From assembly GCA_903937035.1 (NCBI GenBank), contig CAIZXS010000023.1:1188-65187 (forward strand): a stretch of DNA of 64,000 bases, given 5' to 3'. This DNA is from an uncultured bacterium (GTDB lineage: Bacteria; Patescibacteriota; Minisyncoccia; Moranbacterales; UBA2206). Below are positions 18,033 to 28,704 of the stretch, in pieces. The notes beneath the pieces were generated by a model. It did no database searches. It saw nothing but the letters and a program-made list of their open reading frames with translations, and was not told the origin of the DNA. Numbering within the stretch: position 1 is the first letter of the stretch; every line of letters begins with the position of its first letter. The position numbers and the translations under genes were made by a program.

Positions 18033-18676
18033 ACTTGTTTTTTCTTTAACCATTCTTTTGATATTTTAAATATCGCTGGCAAAACCGAAACCGCAATTAT
18101 TCCCATAATCACAATAGAAAAGTTATCTCTGATAATCGGGATATTACCAAAAAAATACCCTGCCAAAACAAAACCAAAAACCCAAACGAAACCTCCGGAA
18201 ATACTATACAAAAGAAATTTTTGATATTCCATTCTCCCAATTCCCGCCACAAACGGAGCAAATGTCCGAATAATTGGCATAAATCGCGCCAAAAAAACGG
18301 TTTTTCCTCCGTGCTTGTGATAGAATTCTTGTGTCTGGTCAATATGAGTTTGATTAACGGGAATATATTTATTATCAACAATTTTTTTTCCAAAATAAAA
18401 TCCAACCCAATAATTAATATTATCCCCAAGAAAAGCTGCTGCCCAAAGGAGTGGAGCAAGTATCACAATATTAAATGATCCAGTGGCCGAAAACATTCCC
18501 GCCGCAAAAAGAAGCGAATCTCCGGGCAAAAATGGGGTAAAGACAAATCCGGTTTCCGCAAAAACAATCGCAAATAAAATGCCATAAGTCAAACTTCCAT
18601 AATTAGCAATAATTTCTCCCAAATGAACATCTACATTCAAAATAAAATCGATAAAACCCATAAAGCTAAATTTCAA
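18029..18676 (-). CDS. dedA: DedA family membrane protein
   Basis: FAETG, PFLPGDSLLF, ARFMPIIRTFAPFVAG. Confidence 0.93.
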   Translation of the reverse strand: MKFSFMGFIDFILNVDVHLGEIIANYGSLTYGILFAIVFAETGFVFTPFLPGDSLLFAAGMFSATGSFNIVILAPLLWAAAFLGDNINYWVGFYFGKKIVDNKYIPVNQTHIDQTQEFYHKHGGKTVFLARFMPIIRTFAPFVAGIGRMEYQKFLLYSISGGFVWVFGFVLAGYFFGNIPIIRDNFSIVIMGIIAVSVLPAIFKISKEWLKKKQV

Positions 18677-18684
18677 TTATTAAT

Positions 18685-19704
18685 CTAAATCTCCCTTAGA
18701 TACTCCGCTGCATCTTCTGGACTAATCGTGACGATTTCAATTCCCGTTGAAACTTCAAATCCTGCCCAAATGTTCAGCTTCGGCAAAATTTCAATATGCC
18801 AATGATAATGTGGGTAATCTTTGCCATCGCAGGGTGATGTATGGATATAGAAATTAAAATCAGGATTATTTAGTGCTTTATCCAGCTTGGCAATCGCTTT
18901 TTGCAAAGCCTCTCCTCCTGCCATTTTTTCCACCTCAGTCATCCTCTCGAAATAGGGCTTGTGCTTTTTTGGCATCACCCACATTTCGAAATTAGACCGC
19001 GCTGCGAAAGGACAAAACACCACAAATTCCTCATTTTCAAAAACAATTCTTTTTTGCACCTCCCTTTCCCATTCCAACATTGCACAATAAACACATTGCT
19101 TATTTGCCTTGTGATACTGTTCGGCTCCATCCAACTCAGACTTCACATAAGGAGAGATTATTGGGATTGCCATCAGCTGTGAATGTGGATGTGAAATTGA
19201 AGCACCAGCCCGCTTTCCATGATTGTGAAAAATATCGATATAATTTACCGACTTCTTATTCATCAAATCAATATAGCGTGATTGGTATGCGTCCAAAACT
19301 TCCGCCACCATGATCTGCTCCATCCTCCCGATATGCTTATCATGATCCCTTGTCACAATCACCTCGTGATAACCGACACTATCCATCCAAAAATAAGGGC
19401 CCTCCTCTTTATGCGTAATCTGTCCTCCTGTCGGACGCGAAAAAGCGGGATACTTATTAGGAAAAACTCGCAAGCTCCAATCATCATCACCCGTTCCATA
19501 AAGCAACACGTCCTTTTCTTGGCCAGAAAGCTTCGGATCACAAAACAAGCAATTAGAAGCATCCTCCTGACCATCGTCTTCCATCTCTTTTTTCGCAAAC
19601 TCATCGGGCCGTTTCGCGCGAATAGTCGACACAACAACCCAATCTCCAGTTATTAGGTCTTGCCTCAATTCAGTCGATTTTGTTTTATTTTTTTCTTTTT
19701 CCAA
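18685..19704 (-). CDS. galT: Galactose-1-phosphate uridylyltransferase (GalT-like HIT family)
   Basis: ELRQD..W, RAKRP, NKYP, GASISHPHSQ, AGFE. Confidence 0.9.
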   Translation of the reverse strand: MEKEKNKTKSTELRQDLITGDWVVVSTIRAKRPDEFAKKEMEDDGQEDASNCLFCDPKLSGQEKDVLLYGTGDDDWSLRVFPNKYPAFSRPTGGQITHKEEGPYFWMDSVGYHEVIVTRDHDKHIGRMEQIMVAEVLDAYQSRYIDLMNKKSVNYIDIFHNHGKRAGASISHPHSQLMAIPIISPYVKSELDGAEQYHKANKQCVYCAMLEWEREVQKRIVFENEEFVVFCPFAARSNFEMWVMPKKHKPYFERMTEVEKMAGGEALQKAIAKLDKALNNPDFNFYIHTSPCDGKDYPHYHWHIEILPKLNIWAGFEVSTGIEIVTISPEDAAEYLREI

Positions 19705-19774
19705 GCTATTACAAACGCCAAATATTTAACACTCGAATACTCCAAAAAAGGTGTTATGTGCAAAACATTTGACT

Positions 19775-20524
19775 CTATTTTTTTATATTATATTTTCCTC
19801 CCCATAGCCGCATTCGTGTTTTTAATAAATCCCAAAGAACTTGAAAATAACCATTTGGTCCCGTGAGGCTCACTGTTGATCCAGCTTCATTTAGCCATCT
19901 CACTGGCATCTGTTTAATCTTAAAGCCAAGCTTCTTGGCCAGTACAACTAATTCAAAATCAAACCCAAATCGATCAACAACCATACGACTTGCTACTGCC
20001 TGGGCGGCTTTCGCATTCAACATTTTGAATCCACACTGCGTGTCTGGATAGCCCCAAAGACCAAGAACAATCCTAATCGCCCAATTACCAGTATCACCGA
20101 ATATTTCCTTCCATTTGGCTTGATGTATCTGCACATAAGCTCCATCAATATCTCGAGAACCCATCACAACATCAAAACCTTTTTCAAACTCAGGGAGAAA
20201 TGTGTCAAGATGAGTAATCGATGTTGATCCATCAGCGTCAAAAAATAACCGATACTCACCCACCGCCTCCAATAATCCCTGTCGTACAACATAACCCTTC
20301 CCATGATTTTCTGGATTATCGATAACCTTAAAATTTTCAAATCTACCCTGGTAAGTCCGAGCCAGTTCGGCAGTATTATCAGGAGAGCCATCAACCACAA
20401 CAACGATTTCATAACTATACGATTTATCCTTAAAATAATTTTCACATTCCTCCAGATTTACACCAATTCTTTTCCCCTCCTTATAGGCAGGTATAATAAC
20501 AGAAAGATACACTTTATTACTCAT
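19775..20524 (-). CDS. GT2 glycosyltransferase, dolichyl-phosphate beta-glucosyltransferase-like
   Basis: LSVIIPAY, DGSPD, GKG, DADG, DTQCGFK, FGFDFE. Confidence 0.9.
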   Translation of the reverse strand: MSNKVYLSVIIPAYKEGKRIGVNLEECENYFKDKSYSYEIVVVVDGSPDNTAELARTYQGRFENFKVIDNPENHGKGYVVRQGLLEAVGEYRLFFDADGSTSITHLDTFLPEFEKGFDVVMGSRDIDGAYVQIHQAKWKEIFGDTGNWAIRIVLGLWGYPDTQCGFKMLNAKAAQAVASRMVVDRFGFDFELVVLAKKLGFKIKQMPVRWLNEAGSTVSLTGPNGYFQVLWDLLKTRMRLWGGKYNIKK

Positions 20525-20622
20525 GATTTTGACAAAAATATTACTGCTTAAGCATCACCATCATTGTAGCATAAAAAACCCAAAGATGAAACAATTTAGC
20601 ATAAAAATCTTCTATACCCACA

Positions 20623-23001
20623 CTATTCCAACTTCCCCTTGGTAATAGAAAAATCAATTGGAAGATTAGGAGTCACACCGGAGCCATGGGTTGGCGTTAC
20701 TCGAAAATCAGCCTCTCCCTTAAGCGGAATGCGTTTAATCAGATCAAGATTTTCCAATTTATTAATTTGCAAATATTGATCAGATACCGTGTAGAGATTG
20801 TTATCAATATATAGCGAGCGCTTCAAGCCATTATCATAGTAATTATTACTTGATCCCGAATCAATTCCACTGTTCTGGCTGATTTTTCCTTTCAGTTTAA
20901 ATCCGCTATTATCAACACTAAAAACCGCGACGCCATTGAATGAATTCTGCCACGAAGTTGGCATACCAATCGAATTATCCATCAGTGTCACTGGAATTAC
21001 CAATAAATTCTTTTCACGCGAGAAAAGAAAGGCCTTATGATCAAAAAGAGCTAATGAATCGCTACCAGCCGAGCCAAGTTCATATTTATCAATCTCGCGA
21101 GGGCTAGAAACGTTGCTAACATCAAATAGTGAAAGTTTAAGTCCTTTTGTCGTCACTGATCCAGCGCTATTTTCCTCTGTTTCTTTTCCAAGGCCAATAA
21201 GCGTCGTGTCATCATAAGGATGGAGATAGCTAGAAAAACCAGGGACCTTTAACTCTCCAAGAACCCGAGGATTCCTAGTATCCTTCAGATCAATCACAAA
21301 TAAAGGATCTGTTCGCTTATACGTCACAAGATAGGCACGATTTTGCATAAATCTGGCCGAATAGATACGCTCTCCTTTTGCCAAATTCTCTACGCTGCCA
21401 ACCACGCGCAAATTAGCATCCAAAACATAGAGATTACTATACGATTGATTTTGACTAGAACCCTCAGGAAGATTTGTCGGGCTAGAAATTTTCGCCATCT
21501 CTTCTCCCCCAAAATTACTAGAAAAATAAAGCGGAGAAAAGACCTGACTCTTAGTTGTAGCTATGCGGAAATTCCCATTACCATCTTCATCCATCGAGAA
21601 CTGATTGAGTGCTGCCCCAGTTACTTCGCCGAAATTTTTATATTCAATTTTATTTTTATCGATAGCTATCTTATGGATAACCGTTTTTTCCAATTCTTTA
21701 GAAATGTCTGTATATTTTTTTTGCATCTCACCAGACAGTTCTTTTTCCGCCTTCTTTTCTTCCTCATCGGGCAAAGAAGCCAAATAGCGCTCTACAACTA
21801 CACTAATTTTGCTCATTTTCTCCCGCTCACTTAAAATAGAGCCGTCCACAGCTTCAATTTTCTCAACCCTTTCTTGATCTTTCACGCTGAGGCGAGTTAA
21901 AAGCAAATCTTTCGCCATACCCATAAATAGATCGTATTCGCTCAAATGTTTCGTATATGTGATATATAAATTATTCTGCGACGCATAAAAATTTTGTTCA
22001 CCAGACAATAGATAAACTTGATTTGTCACATCACTTTTTTCATCATCAATGTTCACAGCAGCCACATTCACCATATTTATCGACTCATATGGCATATCAA
22101 AATAATAAACATCTGGACACTTGGGACATTTAGCCAAATTCTGACCCGTATATAATTCTTTTCCACTATCAAGTATCCTTGGCACAGGCATTTCTCCATC
22201 ATAATACTGCGCATAAGTCGAGGTAAGGAAATAAACAAAGCCACCAATCATCCTCGAATTCAGATAACTTCCTTCAAAATCTAAATCGCGAATCTGCTTT
22301 GGATTTTTGCGATCCGTAATATCAAAAACCTTAAAAAATGAGTAAGGAGATTTACGCTTAAAACCACGATAATAATCCATCGTCACAACATCTTGATCTC
22401 CGCCAAAAATCACAAGACGATTTCCCTTTAGATAAATGCTTTGTGGGTTAGATTTAAATTCAATTTTTGACTCCACACCGGCTACAGAAACTGGATTTGC
22501 CTTAGTAATAAAAAGAGTTTTATCCGCCACGCTGTAAATGTATTCTCCATCGGTCTTCACTAAATCAGCCTCATCTACACCAGCCACCTGAATATTTGTT
22601 TGGGAATAATCCCCAGAACCAGTGTCGAGCGAAGACTGCGCGCTTTTTTCCGCCATCGGAGTAGCGACGTTTCCAGCAAAACTATCATACATCATCCTTC
22701 CGCCGAAACTATTATTAGAAGAATTGCTTTCCACGAACGCCTGAAGCTCCTCGTAATTAGACATTTTTTTAATCTTAGACTCATTTTTCAGTTTTTCTGC
22801 AAGTGAAATATTCTTCGCGTTTAAACCGTTCATTTGAGTGGTCTCCTTTGCCCCCCTATCATTTTTAGTATAAAAGTAGTTTTGAGCAATCAACAGTGCA
22901 AAAAATAAAAAAGCCAAAACTGGCAAAATTATTTTCATCCTTTGGTCCTTTTTTTCAACTACTACAATATTATTATCTTCCAATTTATTTCCAGTTTCCA
23001 T
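20623..23001 (-). CDS. Membrane-anchored beta-propeller domain protein
   Basis: N-terminal TM; YSQTNIQVAGVDEADLVKTDG, NQFSMDE, GERIYSARF, DPLFVIDL, GELKVPGFSSYLHP. Confidence 0.85.
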   Translation of the reverse strand: METGNKLEDNNIVVVEKKDQRMKIILPVLAFLFFALLIAQNYFYTKNDRGAKETTQMNGLNAKNISLAEKLKNESKIKKMSNYEELQAFVESNSSNNSFGGRMMYDSFAGNVATPMAEKSAQSSLDTGSGDYSQTNIQVAGVDEADLVKTDGEYIYSVADKTLFITKANPVSVAGVESKIEFKSNPQSIYLKGNRLVIFGGDQDVVTMDYYRGFKRKSPYSFFKVFDITDRKNPKQIRDLDFEGSYLNSRMIGGFVYFLTSTYAQYYDGEMPVPRILDSGKELYTGQNLAKCPKCPDVYYFDMPYESINMVNVAAVNIDDEKSDVTNQVYLLSGEQNFYASQNNLYITYTKHLSEYDLFMGMAKDLLLTRLSVKDQERVEKIEAVDGSILSEREKMSKISVVVERYLASLPDEEEKKAEKELSGEMQKKYTDISKELEKTVIHKIAIDKNKIEYKNFGEVTGAALNQFSMDEDGNGNFRIATTKSQVFSPLYFSSNFGGEEMAKISSPTNLPEGSSQNQSYSNLYVLDANLRVVGSVENLAKGERIYSARFMQNRAYLVTYKRTDPLFVIDLKDTRNPRVLGELKVPGFSSYLHPYDDTTLIGLGKETEENSAGSVTTKGLKLSLFDVSNVSSPREIDKYELGSAGSDSLALFDHKAFLFSREKNLLVIPVTLMDNSIGMPTSWQNSFNGVAVFSVDNSGFKLKGKISQNSGIDSGSSNNYYDNGLKRSLYIDNNLYTVSDQYLQINKLENLDLIKRIPLKGEADFRVTPTHGSGVTPNLPIDFSITKGKLE

Positions 23002-23033
23002 AATTTTATTTTAAAATATTTTATAGTACCATT

Positions 23034-23741
23034 CTAGCACATCTTTAAATATTTTTCCCGCTCTTTCTGATCAAACTTTTCTATCGCATAGCGCAGGGCG
23101 GTTCTGGGCATATTTCCGGCATATTTATCCAAAAATGCTACCTCAACTTTCCTGTCTCGCTTGCCAATCTCTCTAAGCATCCATCCCACCGCCTTATGAA
23201 TCAAGTCATGTTCATCAAAGAGCAAGGACCTAGCTATCCTTAAGGCATCAGTAAAGTCACCTTTTTTAATAAAACCGAAAGTCGAAAGCATTGCAACGCG
23301 CCGCACCCAAATATTTTCAGACCCTATCAATTCATACAAAGCAGCCTTGTCTTTCTCGAAAAAATAATCTCCAAGAATTTGTGGGGCAGAAAGATCGACC
23401 AAATCCCAATTATTCACTCTTTTTAAATTACGCAGATAAAAGTTAGCGATCCGCTTCTTTTCTTTCAAATCTCCATTTTGATATTTCATAACCAAGATAG
23501 CGATGGCCATGAAGCGCAGCTCATGCACTTTTTGCCTTAGCAAATATTGCAAATCAATAAAATTAACTTCTTGAAAATATTTTCGTGCAACAATTCTTTG
23601 TTTTGGCACAACAATTCCCCAGAAAATATCCCCTTCGCCATATTCGCCTTTGCCCGTCTTAAAAAATCCTGCCAGAATTTTAGCCTTGATAGGATTTTTC
23701 AGTTTTTCTGCATCAGCTAGGAGATCTTTTAAACAAGCCAT
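23034..23741 (-). CDS. DNA alkylation repair protein (AlkD-like HEAT repeat)
   Basis: FFKTGKGEYGEGD, NNWDLVD, KAVGWMLRE, PRTALRYAIE. Confidence 0.9.
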   Translation of the reverse strand: MACLKDLLADAEKLKNPIKAKILAGFFKTGKGEYGEGDIFWGIVVPKQRIVARKYFQEVNFIDLQYLLRQKVHELRFMAIAILVMKYQNGDLKEKKRIANFYLRNLKRVNNWDLVDLSAPQILGDYFFEKDKAALYELIGSENIWVRRVAMLSTFGFIKKGDFTDALRIARSLLFDEHDLIHKAVGWMLREIGKRDRKVEVAFLDKYAGNMPRTALRYAIEKFDQKEREKYLKMC

Positions 23742-23768
23742 AAAAAAAATCAAAACTGAAATAAATAC

Positions 23769-25349
23769 CTACATCTTCTCCGGCGCGCTAATCCCAATCA
23801 ATCGCAAAGTTTCACCCAAGACGACTTTGGTCGCACTGACCAACTCCCTTCTCGCTGCCGCCAAACTCCTTTCTTCATCTAAAATCCGACAAGCGTGATA
23901 GAAGCTGTGGAATTTATCAGCCAGTTTAATAGCATAATGTGTAAGCCTATGAACTTCAAAATTCTCAGAAATCTCTAAAACTAAATCGGGAAAACGCATT
24001 AAATGGCGAATAAGCTCAACCTCTTCCTTGGCCATAAGTTGTGAGTAATCAGCTTTTGCTACAGCCTCCTTTTCTGTTTTTCGTAAAATCCCCGCCATTC
24101 GAGCATGGGCATATTGGACATAGAAAACTGGGTTTTTGTTAGATTTTTCGCGTGCTAAATCAATGTCAAAAATCATTGGAGAATTAGCACTGTAGGCTAA
24201 GAAAATAAACCGCACAGCGTCTCTTCCAACCTCATCAAGTAAGTCTTCTAGGCAAATATATTGACCCTTGCGCTTTGACATTTTAAATTCTTCGCCATTC
24301 TTAATTACAGTCAGATTCTGAGTTAGAAGTACTCTTACTTTCCCTGCATACCCAAAGGCCTCCATCGCACCCTCCACTCTTTTGACGTCACCATGATGAT
24401 CTGCACCCCAGATATCCACAGCTAAATCAAATCCTCTCTTTTTCAATTTATTTAAATGATAAGCAATGTCTCCTCCGAAATATGTTATTTCTCCAGTAGT
24501 CTTTCTAATCACGCGGTCCTTTTCATCACCAAATTTTTCCGCACGAAACCACAGTGCGCCCTCCTTCTCGTAAAGGAAATCTCTTACTCTTAACTCTTCA
24601 AGAGCTTCTTCCACCTCACCACTTTTATGCAATGAGCTTTCTCGAAAATACTCATCAAAATTAACACCCAGACTTTCCATCGCCGGCTTAATCATTTCTT
24701 CCAATATTGTCTTTGTCGCCTCTTGCCCCACTAAAAAAGGATCCAGTTCTTTATTTTTATTCGCCAGCATATCGATATACTCTCCTCGGTATTGAGCCTC
24801 CTCATTTTTGAGGATAGAATGACCTAAAATTTTAATTTGATTGCCAAAATCGTTCACATAATATTCTCGCCAAACAGAATAACCACTTTTTATAAGAATA
24901 TTCGCAAGCACGTCGCCAAGCGGCCCACCACGACCATTGCCAAGATGAATCGGTCCAGTCGGGTTAGCACTTACAAAATCCAAATGAATTTTAGTCTTAT
25001 TCCCCAAAACGTTATTGCCGTAATTAGCACCAGAATTAATAATTTTTTCAATTTCACCTCCACGCGCTTCCGCGGACAAGCTAAAATTAAGAAAGCCCGC
25101 ACCTGCTACCTCAATTTTGGAAAATATCCCCTTTTGAGAATCATCTTTCTCTAGTTCGGTCTTGATATTCTCAGCAATTCTAAATGGGTTCTCTTTTACT
25201 TTCTTGGCCAATCTGAGAGCCACATTGGTCGAATAATCGCCAAATTCTTCTGGTGGATAGTTGATCTCAAAATCCGTCCTCGAAAGCAAAACATCCGGAT
25301 AAATCCGGGAAAAAATAGCTTGTAATTTTTCAATCAAAAAATCTCTCAT
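23769..25349 (-). CDS. argS: Arginyl-tRNA synthetase
   Basis: GDYSTN, FVSANPTGPIHLGNGR, WGADHHG, MSKRKG, YVQYAHAR. Confidence 0.97.
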   Translation of the reverse strand: MRDFLIEKLQAIFSRIYPDVLLSRTDFEINYPPEEFGDYSTNVALRLAKKVKENPFRIAENIKTELEKDDSQKGIFSKIEVAGAGFLNFSLSAEARGGEIEKIINSGANYGNNVLGNKTKIHLDFVSANPTGPIHLGNGRGGPLGDVLANILIKSGYSVWREYYVNDFGNQIKILGHSILKNEEAQYRGEYIDMLANKNKELDPFLVGQEATKTILEEMIKPAMESLGVNFDEYFRESSLHKSGEVEEALEELRVRDFLYEKEGALWFRAEKFGDEKDRVIRKTTGEITYFGGDIAYHLNKLKKRGFDLAVDIWGADHHGDVKRVEGAMEAFGYAGKVRVLLTQNLTVIKNGEEFKMSKRKGQYICLEDLLDEVGRDAVRFIFLAYSANSPMIFDIDLAREKSNKNPVFYVQYAHARMAGILRKTEKEAVAKADYSQLMAKEEVELIRHLMRFPDLVLEISENFEVHRLTHYAIKLADKFHSFYHACRILDEERSLAAARRELVSATKVVLGETLRLIGISAPEKM

Positions 25350-25447
25350 ATAAAGCCAGTATAGCTTAAAAAGCGAATAAAATCAATGCATTTAAGCAAA
25401 ATGCGAGTCTTTGAGCTCAATAATTAATCGAGCGCTGTGCTAAATTT

Positions 25448-26521
25448 TTATTGAATCAATCTAAAAGAGCTTTTCGCTTTAATAATAACGGAAAAAGGAG
25501 TTCCGTATAAATTATCCACTTTATTAATGGGATAAAAGATACACATCTCTGAACCGATCTGTTTAGCATTAAACTTAAACAAATACCCCTTGTCAGTACA
25601 CGCATTGAATAATCCACTTGCCCTGCAATCCAAATCACTGAGAAACCATGCCCCCCGGTCAATAATAACTGGTCCCGATAGACAAGCAGCCTCTAATTTT
25701 GAGGCGGCGTGTGATGACCATGTTAGATACACAGAACTGGGCACGCTAACGACTGAAACACTAGCGCTAACTTCTCCTGAGGCACAATTTTCAATCCTAC
25801 CGCCAGGAGTATATTTGATCCCATCCCAACAAGAGTTGCCAAGACAAGTATTTTTAGCGCATTCGGAAGTGTCCCCCTTCCAATCAACCAATTGATACAG
25901 ATTTTCCCCAACAAAATTTTGACCAACCATGCTCAAATGCAAATGGCCACCATCGTCGTATTTGGGCAATAACGTGTTGACGCGTTGTGGGTCTTCTAGG
26001 CGCACCTTCATGTCAATCCTATAATCAACATCAATTGCCGAATTCGCAATCCAACTATTTACTGAATCTGCAATCAATTGCCTTTCAGATGAATAATGAC
26101 TACTATCACCCTTAAAAGGAATTAAATTAACTGACACAACCTTAATTCCCGCCTCATGAGCCATGGTGTACATAATCTGAAGTCGCTCCTCAATCGATTG
26201 AGCGGGAATATGCTGACCAACATCATTTATACCGCCCCAAATTATAACATAGTCAGGTTTAGCAGTTAAAATATCAGCCTCAAATCTACCAAGCATTTCT
26301 ACTGTCGTATTTCCACCCCTGCCTTTATTGACAACCAAATAAGAAGAGCCCAATAAAACATTCAGCTTTCCCGTATAAGAAGGCGCCAAATCATTTCCAG
26401 CAGTCAGACTGTCCCCAATAGCATATATCTTCGTTAAATTACTGGCTTCCACAGCCGAGCAAGATACAAAAAAACAAACCACAACAACAAAAAAAAATAT
26501 TCCAAATAAACTTTTACCCAT
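25448..26521 (-). CDS. Exported SGNH/GDSL hydrolase with a Cys-rich C-terminal domain
   Basis: Signal-like N-terminus; GDSLT, GRGG, GGIND, D..HLH. Confidence 0.82.
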   Translation of the reverse strand: MGKSLFGIFFFVVVVCFFVSCSAVEASNLTKIYAIGDSLTAGNDLAPSYTGKLNVLLGSSYLVVNKGRGGNTTVEMLGRFEADILTAKPDYVIIWGGINDVGQHIPAQSIEERLQIMYTMAHEAGIKVVSVNLIPFKGDSSHYSSERQLIADSVNSWIANSAIDVDYRIDMKVRLEDPQRVNTLLPKYDDGGHLHLSMVGQNFVGENLYQLVDWKGDTSECAKNTCLGNSCWDGIKYTPGGRIENCASGEVSASVSVVSVPSSVYLTWSSHAASKLEAACLSGPVIIDRGAWFLSDLDCRASGLFNACTDKGYLFKFNAKQIGSEMCIFYPINKVDNLYGTPFSVIIKAKSSFRLIQ

Positions 26522-26579
26522 TTTGTTTTAAGCTAAATAGTTCCGTATGAATATATTCTATCACAGAGAAGAGATAAAC

Positions 26580-26999
26580 TCACAGACTTCTTTTCTCCAT
26601 CCAGCTATTCAAAATTATCCGCGCTGATTCGGCGTCATCAAAGCGATTGATATCCCGAAGACCTTTTTCTTTCAAATTCTCTCTGGCAATTTTTGTTGAA
26701 TACATTTCGTCCTGATATTCAACGGCAATTTTTGCTGTTTTTTCCAAATACTGACCCAGCTTTTCTCCAGCATAGGCTGTTTCCTTGCGATTGATTCTAG
26801 CGGGAATGCCAATAATAACTTGCTCGATTTTTTCTTTCTTAATTATATCTAAGATATTTTCTAAAAAATTTTTGTCATTTGCGACAACACCATAAGCAAA
26901 AGCAATCCGCGTTTCGCTATCAGCAATCGCCAGGCCAATTTTTGACTCACCATAATCAACACCGAGATAATATTTTGTTTTGGTTGAATCTTTTGGCAT
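26580..26999 (-). CDS. ruvX: YqgF/RuvX pre-16S rRNA nuclease
   Basis: LGVDYGESKIGLA, IGIP, QDEMYST, DDAESARIIL. Confidence 0.92.
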   Translation of the reverse strand: MPKDSTKTKYYLGVDYGESKIGLAIADSETRIAFAYGVVANDKNFLENILDIIKKEKIEQVIIGIPARINRKETAYAGEKLGQYLEKTAKIAVEYQDEMYSTKIARENLKEKGLRDINRFDDAESARIILNSWMEKRSL

Positions 27000-27012
27000 A
27001 AATATAAATAAT

Positions 27013-27202
27013 TGTCATCCCCGCGACCGCGTGCCGCCTTAGCTTTAGCGGTGGAGCAAGGCGGAGATCCAGGTTCCACTAGTTTTAAACTCTGGAAAAT
27101 CGAATTATAAATCTTTTAACTTCTATTTTTTAACTAACAAATCCTGTTTTTCTTTTTTTTATAGCCTGAGGTGCCTGGGTCCCCGACTTCTCGAGGATGA
27201 CA
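27013..27202. mobile_element. TGTCATCC...GGATGACA palindromic element filling the map-ruvX spacer
   Basis: Terminal inverted arms TGTCATCCCCGCG...GATCCAGG and CCTGGGTCCCCG...CGAGGATGACA; internal hairpin CCGCCTTAGCTTTAGCGGTGG. Confidence 0.7.
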
Positions 27203-27207
27203 CTGTG

Positions 27208-27969
27208 CTAAACTCTAGTTAAAATCTCAACACCATTTTTTGTGACCACAATAGTATCTTCAAAATGCGCACTAAGCCTTCCGTCTTTCGTCGCATATGT
27301 CCAACCATCCCCCAATACCTTTATATAATGAGTGCCCGCATTAATCATCGGCTCAAGCGCTAGCGTCATTCCTTCCTGCAGAATTATTTCTCGCATCGCA
27401 GAGGAATAGTTCGGAATTTGCGGATCTTCATGCAATTCCCTGCCTACTCCATGCCCAACTAATTCGCGCACCACGGAAAAACCCTGCAATTTAGCGTGCT
27501 TCTCAACTGCCTTCCCGTAATCACTCAATTTTGATCCAGCTTTGATTGTCCCCAATCCTTCATCAAGGCATTCTCGAGTTGTATCTAAAATTCTCTGCGC
27601 TTCAGTCGAAATCCTCCCAACGGAATATGTACGAGCCATATCAGTAATCATGCCTTTATACGTCATCCCGATATCTATTTTTACTAAATCACCATCATGA
27701 ACAATCCTACTTTTCTTGGGAATACCATGCACGATCTCATTATTTATAGAGGTGCAAATAGCGGCTGGAAAGGCATTACCCGGAGCTCCATAGCCCTCAA
27801 AAATTGGAAATCCTCCATTATCAAAAACAAGCTTTCTTGCTAGCTTGTTAATCTCGAAAGTATTTTGCCCGGGAATAATTATACCGCTTAATTGCTCCAT
27901 AATCTGAGCTAACAGTTTTCCGCCTTCGCGCATCGCATCTATTTCTTTTTTTGATTTGATGATAATCAT
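27208..27969 (-). CDS. map: Methionine aminopeptidase type I
   Basis: CTSINNEIVHGIP, GHGVG..LHEDP, EPM, SAHFEDT. Confidence 0.97.
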   Translation of the reverse strand: MIIIKSKKEIDAMREGGKLLAQIMEQLSGIIIPGQNTFEINKLARKLVFDNGGFPIFEGYGAPGNAFPAAICTSINNEIVHGIPKKSRIVHDGDLVKIDIGMTYKGMITDMARTYSVGRISTEAQRILDTTRECLDEGLGTIKAGSKLSDYGKAVEKHAKLQGFSVVRELVGHGVGRELHEDPQIPNYSSAMREIILQEGMTLALEPMINAGTHYIKVLGDGWTYATKDGRLSAHFEDTIVVTKNGVEILTRV

Positions 27970-28601
27970 AGTATTTTTAAAATATCCTCAAAAACTTCAT
28001 TTGGACTTTTAGATCCATCAATTCTGGAAACCAATTTCTTATTTTCAAAATATTCAATCACTGGAATCGTTTCCTCCATAAAAATACTCAATCTTTTTTC
28101 AATACCTTCCTTCGTATCATCCACTCTTTGGACCAACTTCCCGGAGCATTTTAAACAAATAAGATTTTGGTCATCCTCTTTCAAGACTACCGCTTCTTTG
28201 CATTTTTCGCAAGAAAACCGCTTTCCAATTCTTTTCAGCGACTCCTCTTTAGAAATATCCACAAAAATAACTCGATCAATCTTCCGGCCAAATTCCCCCA
28301 GTGCTTGCTCAAAATATCCTGCTTGATCAATATTTCTTGGAACTCCATCGAAAACGACTCCCTGTTCCCGTCCGAGATCATCAAGGCGAATATGCAAAAT
28401 TTCTCGCAATATTCGACTTGGCACAAGCGTTTTTGTCACATTCTGAATCTCGTAAACCTCACGCCCCAAAGGAGTGTCTAATTTAGCAACTTGACGCAAA
28501 GCGCAGCCAGTATCAAAATGATCCAAGCCAAATTTTTCTGCCAAAAGTTTTGCCTGTGTGCCTTTGCCTGAGCCTTGGGGACCCAAAATCACTAAATTCA
28601 T
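27966..28601 (-). CDS. adk: Adenylate kinase (Zn-lid type)
   Basis: GPQGSGKGT, DGVPR, CEKC/CLKC lid, QRVDD; start ATG 28601. Confidence 0.95.
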   Translation of the reverse strand: MNLVILGPQGSGKGTQAKLLAEKFGLDHFDTGCALRQVAKLDTPLGREVYEIQNVTKTLVPSRILREILHIRLDDLGREQGVVFDGVPRNIDQAGYFEQALGEFGRKIDRVIFVDISKEESLKRIGKRFSCEKCKEAVVLKEDDQNLICLKCSGKLVQRVDDTKEGIEKRLSIFMEETIPVIEYFENKKLVSRIDGSKSPNEVFEDILKIL

Positions 28602-28704
28602 ATAACATATAGCATGAACCATGTAACAATTCTGGCAAAACAAACTTCTCCGCATTAAGATTTAAGAGAAAGTTGTTTCATGTTTCATGTTTCATGCTGC
28701 ATGA
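28602..28704 (-). repeat. Heptamer-built imperfect inverted repeat, copy 3 (secY-adk spacer)
   Basis: mRNA strand: TAA TCATGCAG(CATGAAA)3 CAA ... TTGTTACATGGTTCATGCTATATGTTAT ATG. Confidence 0.8.
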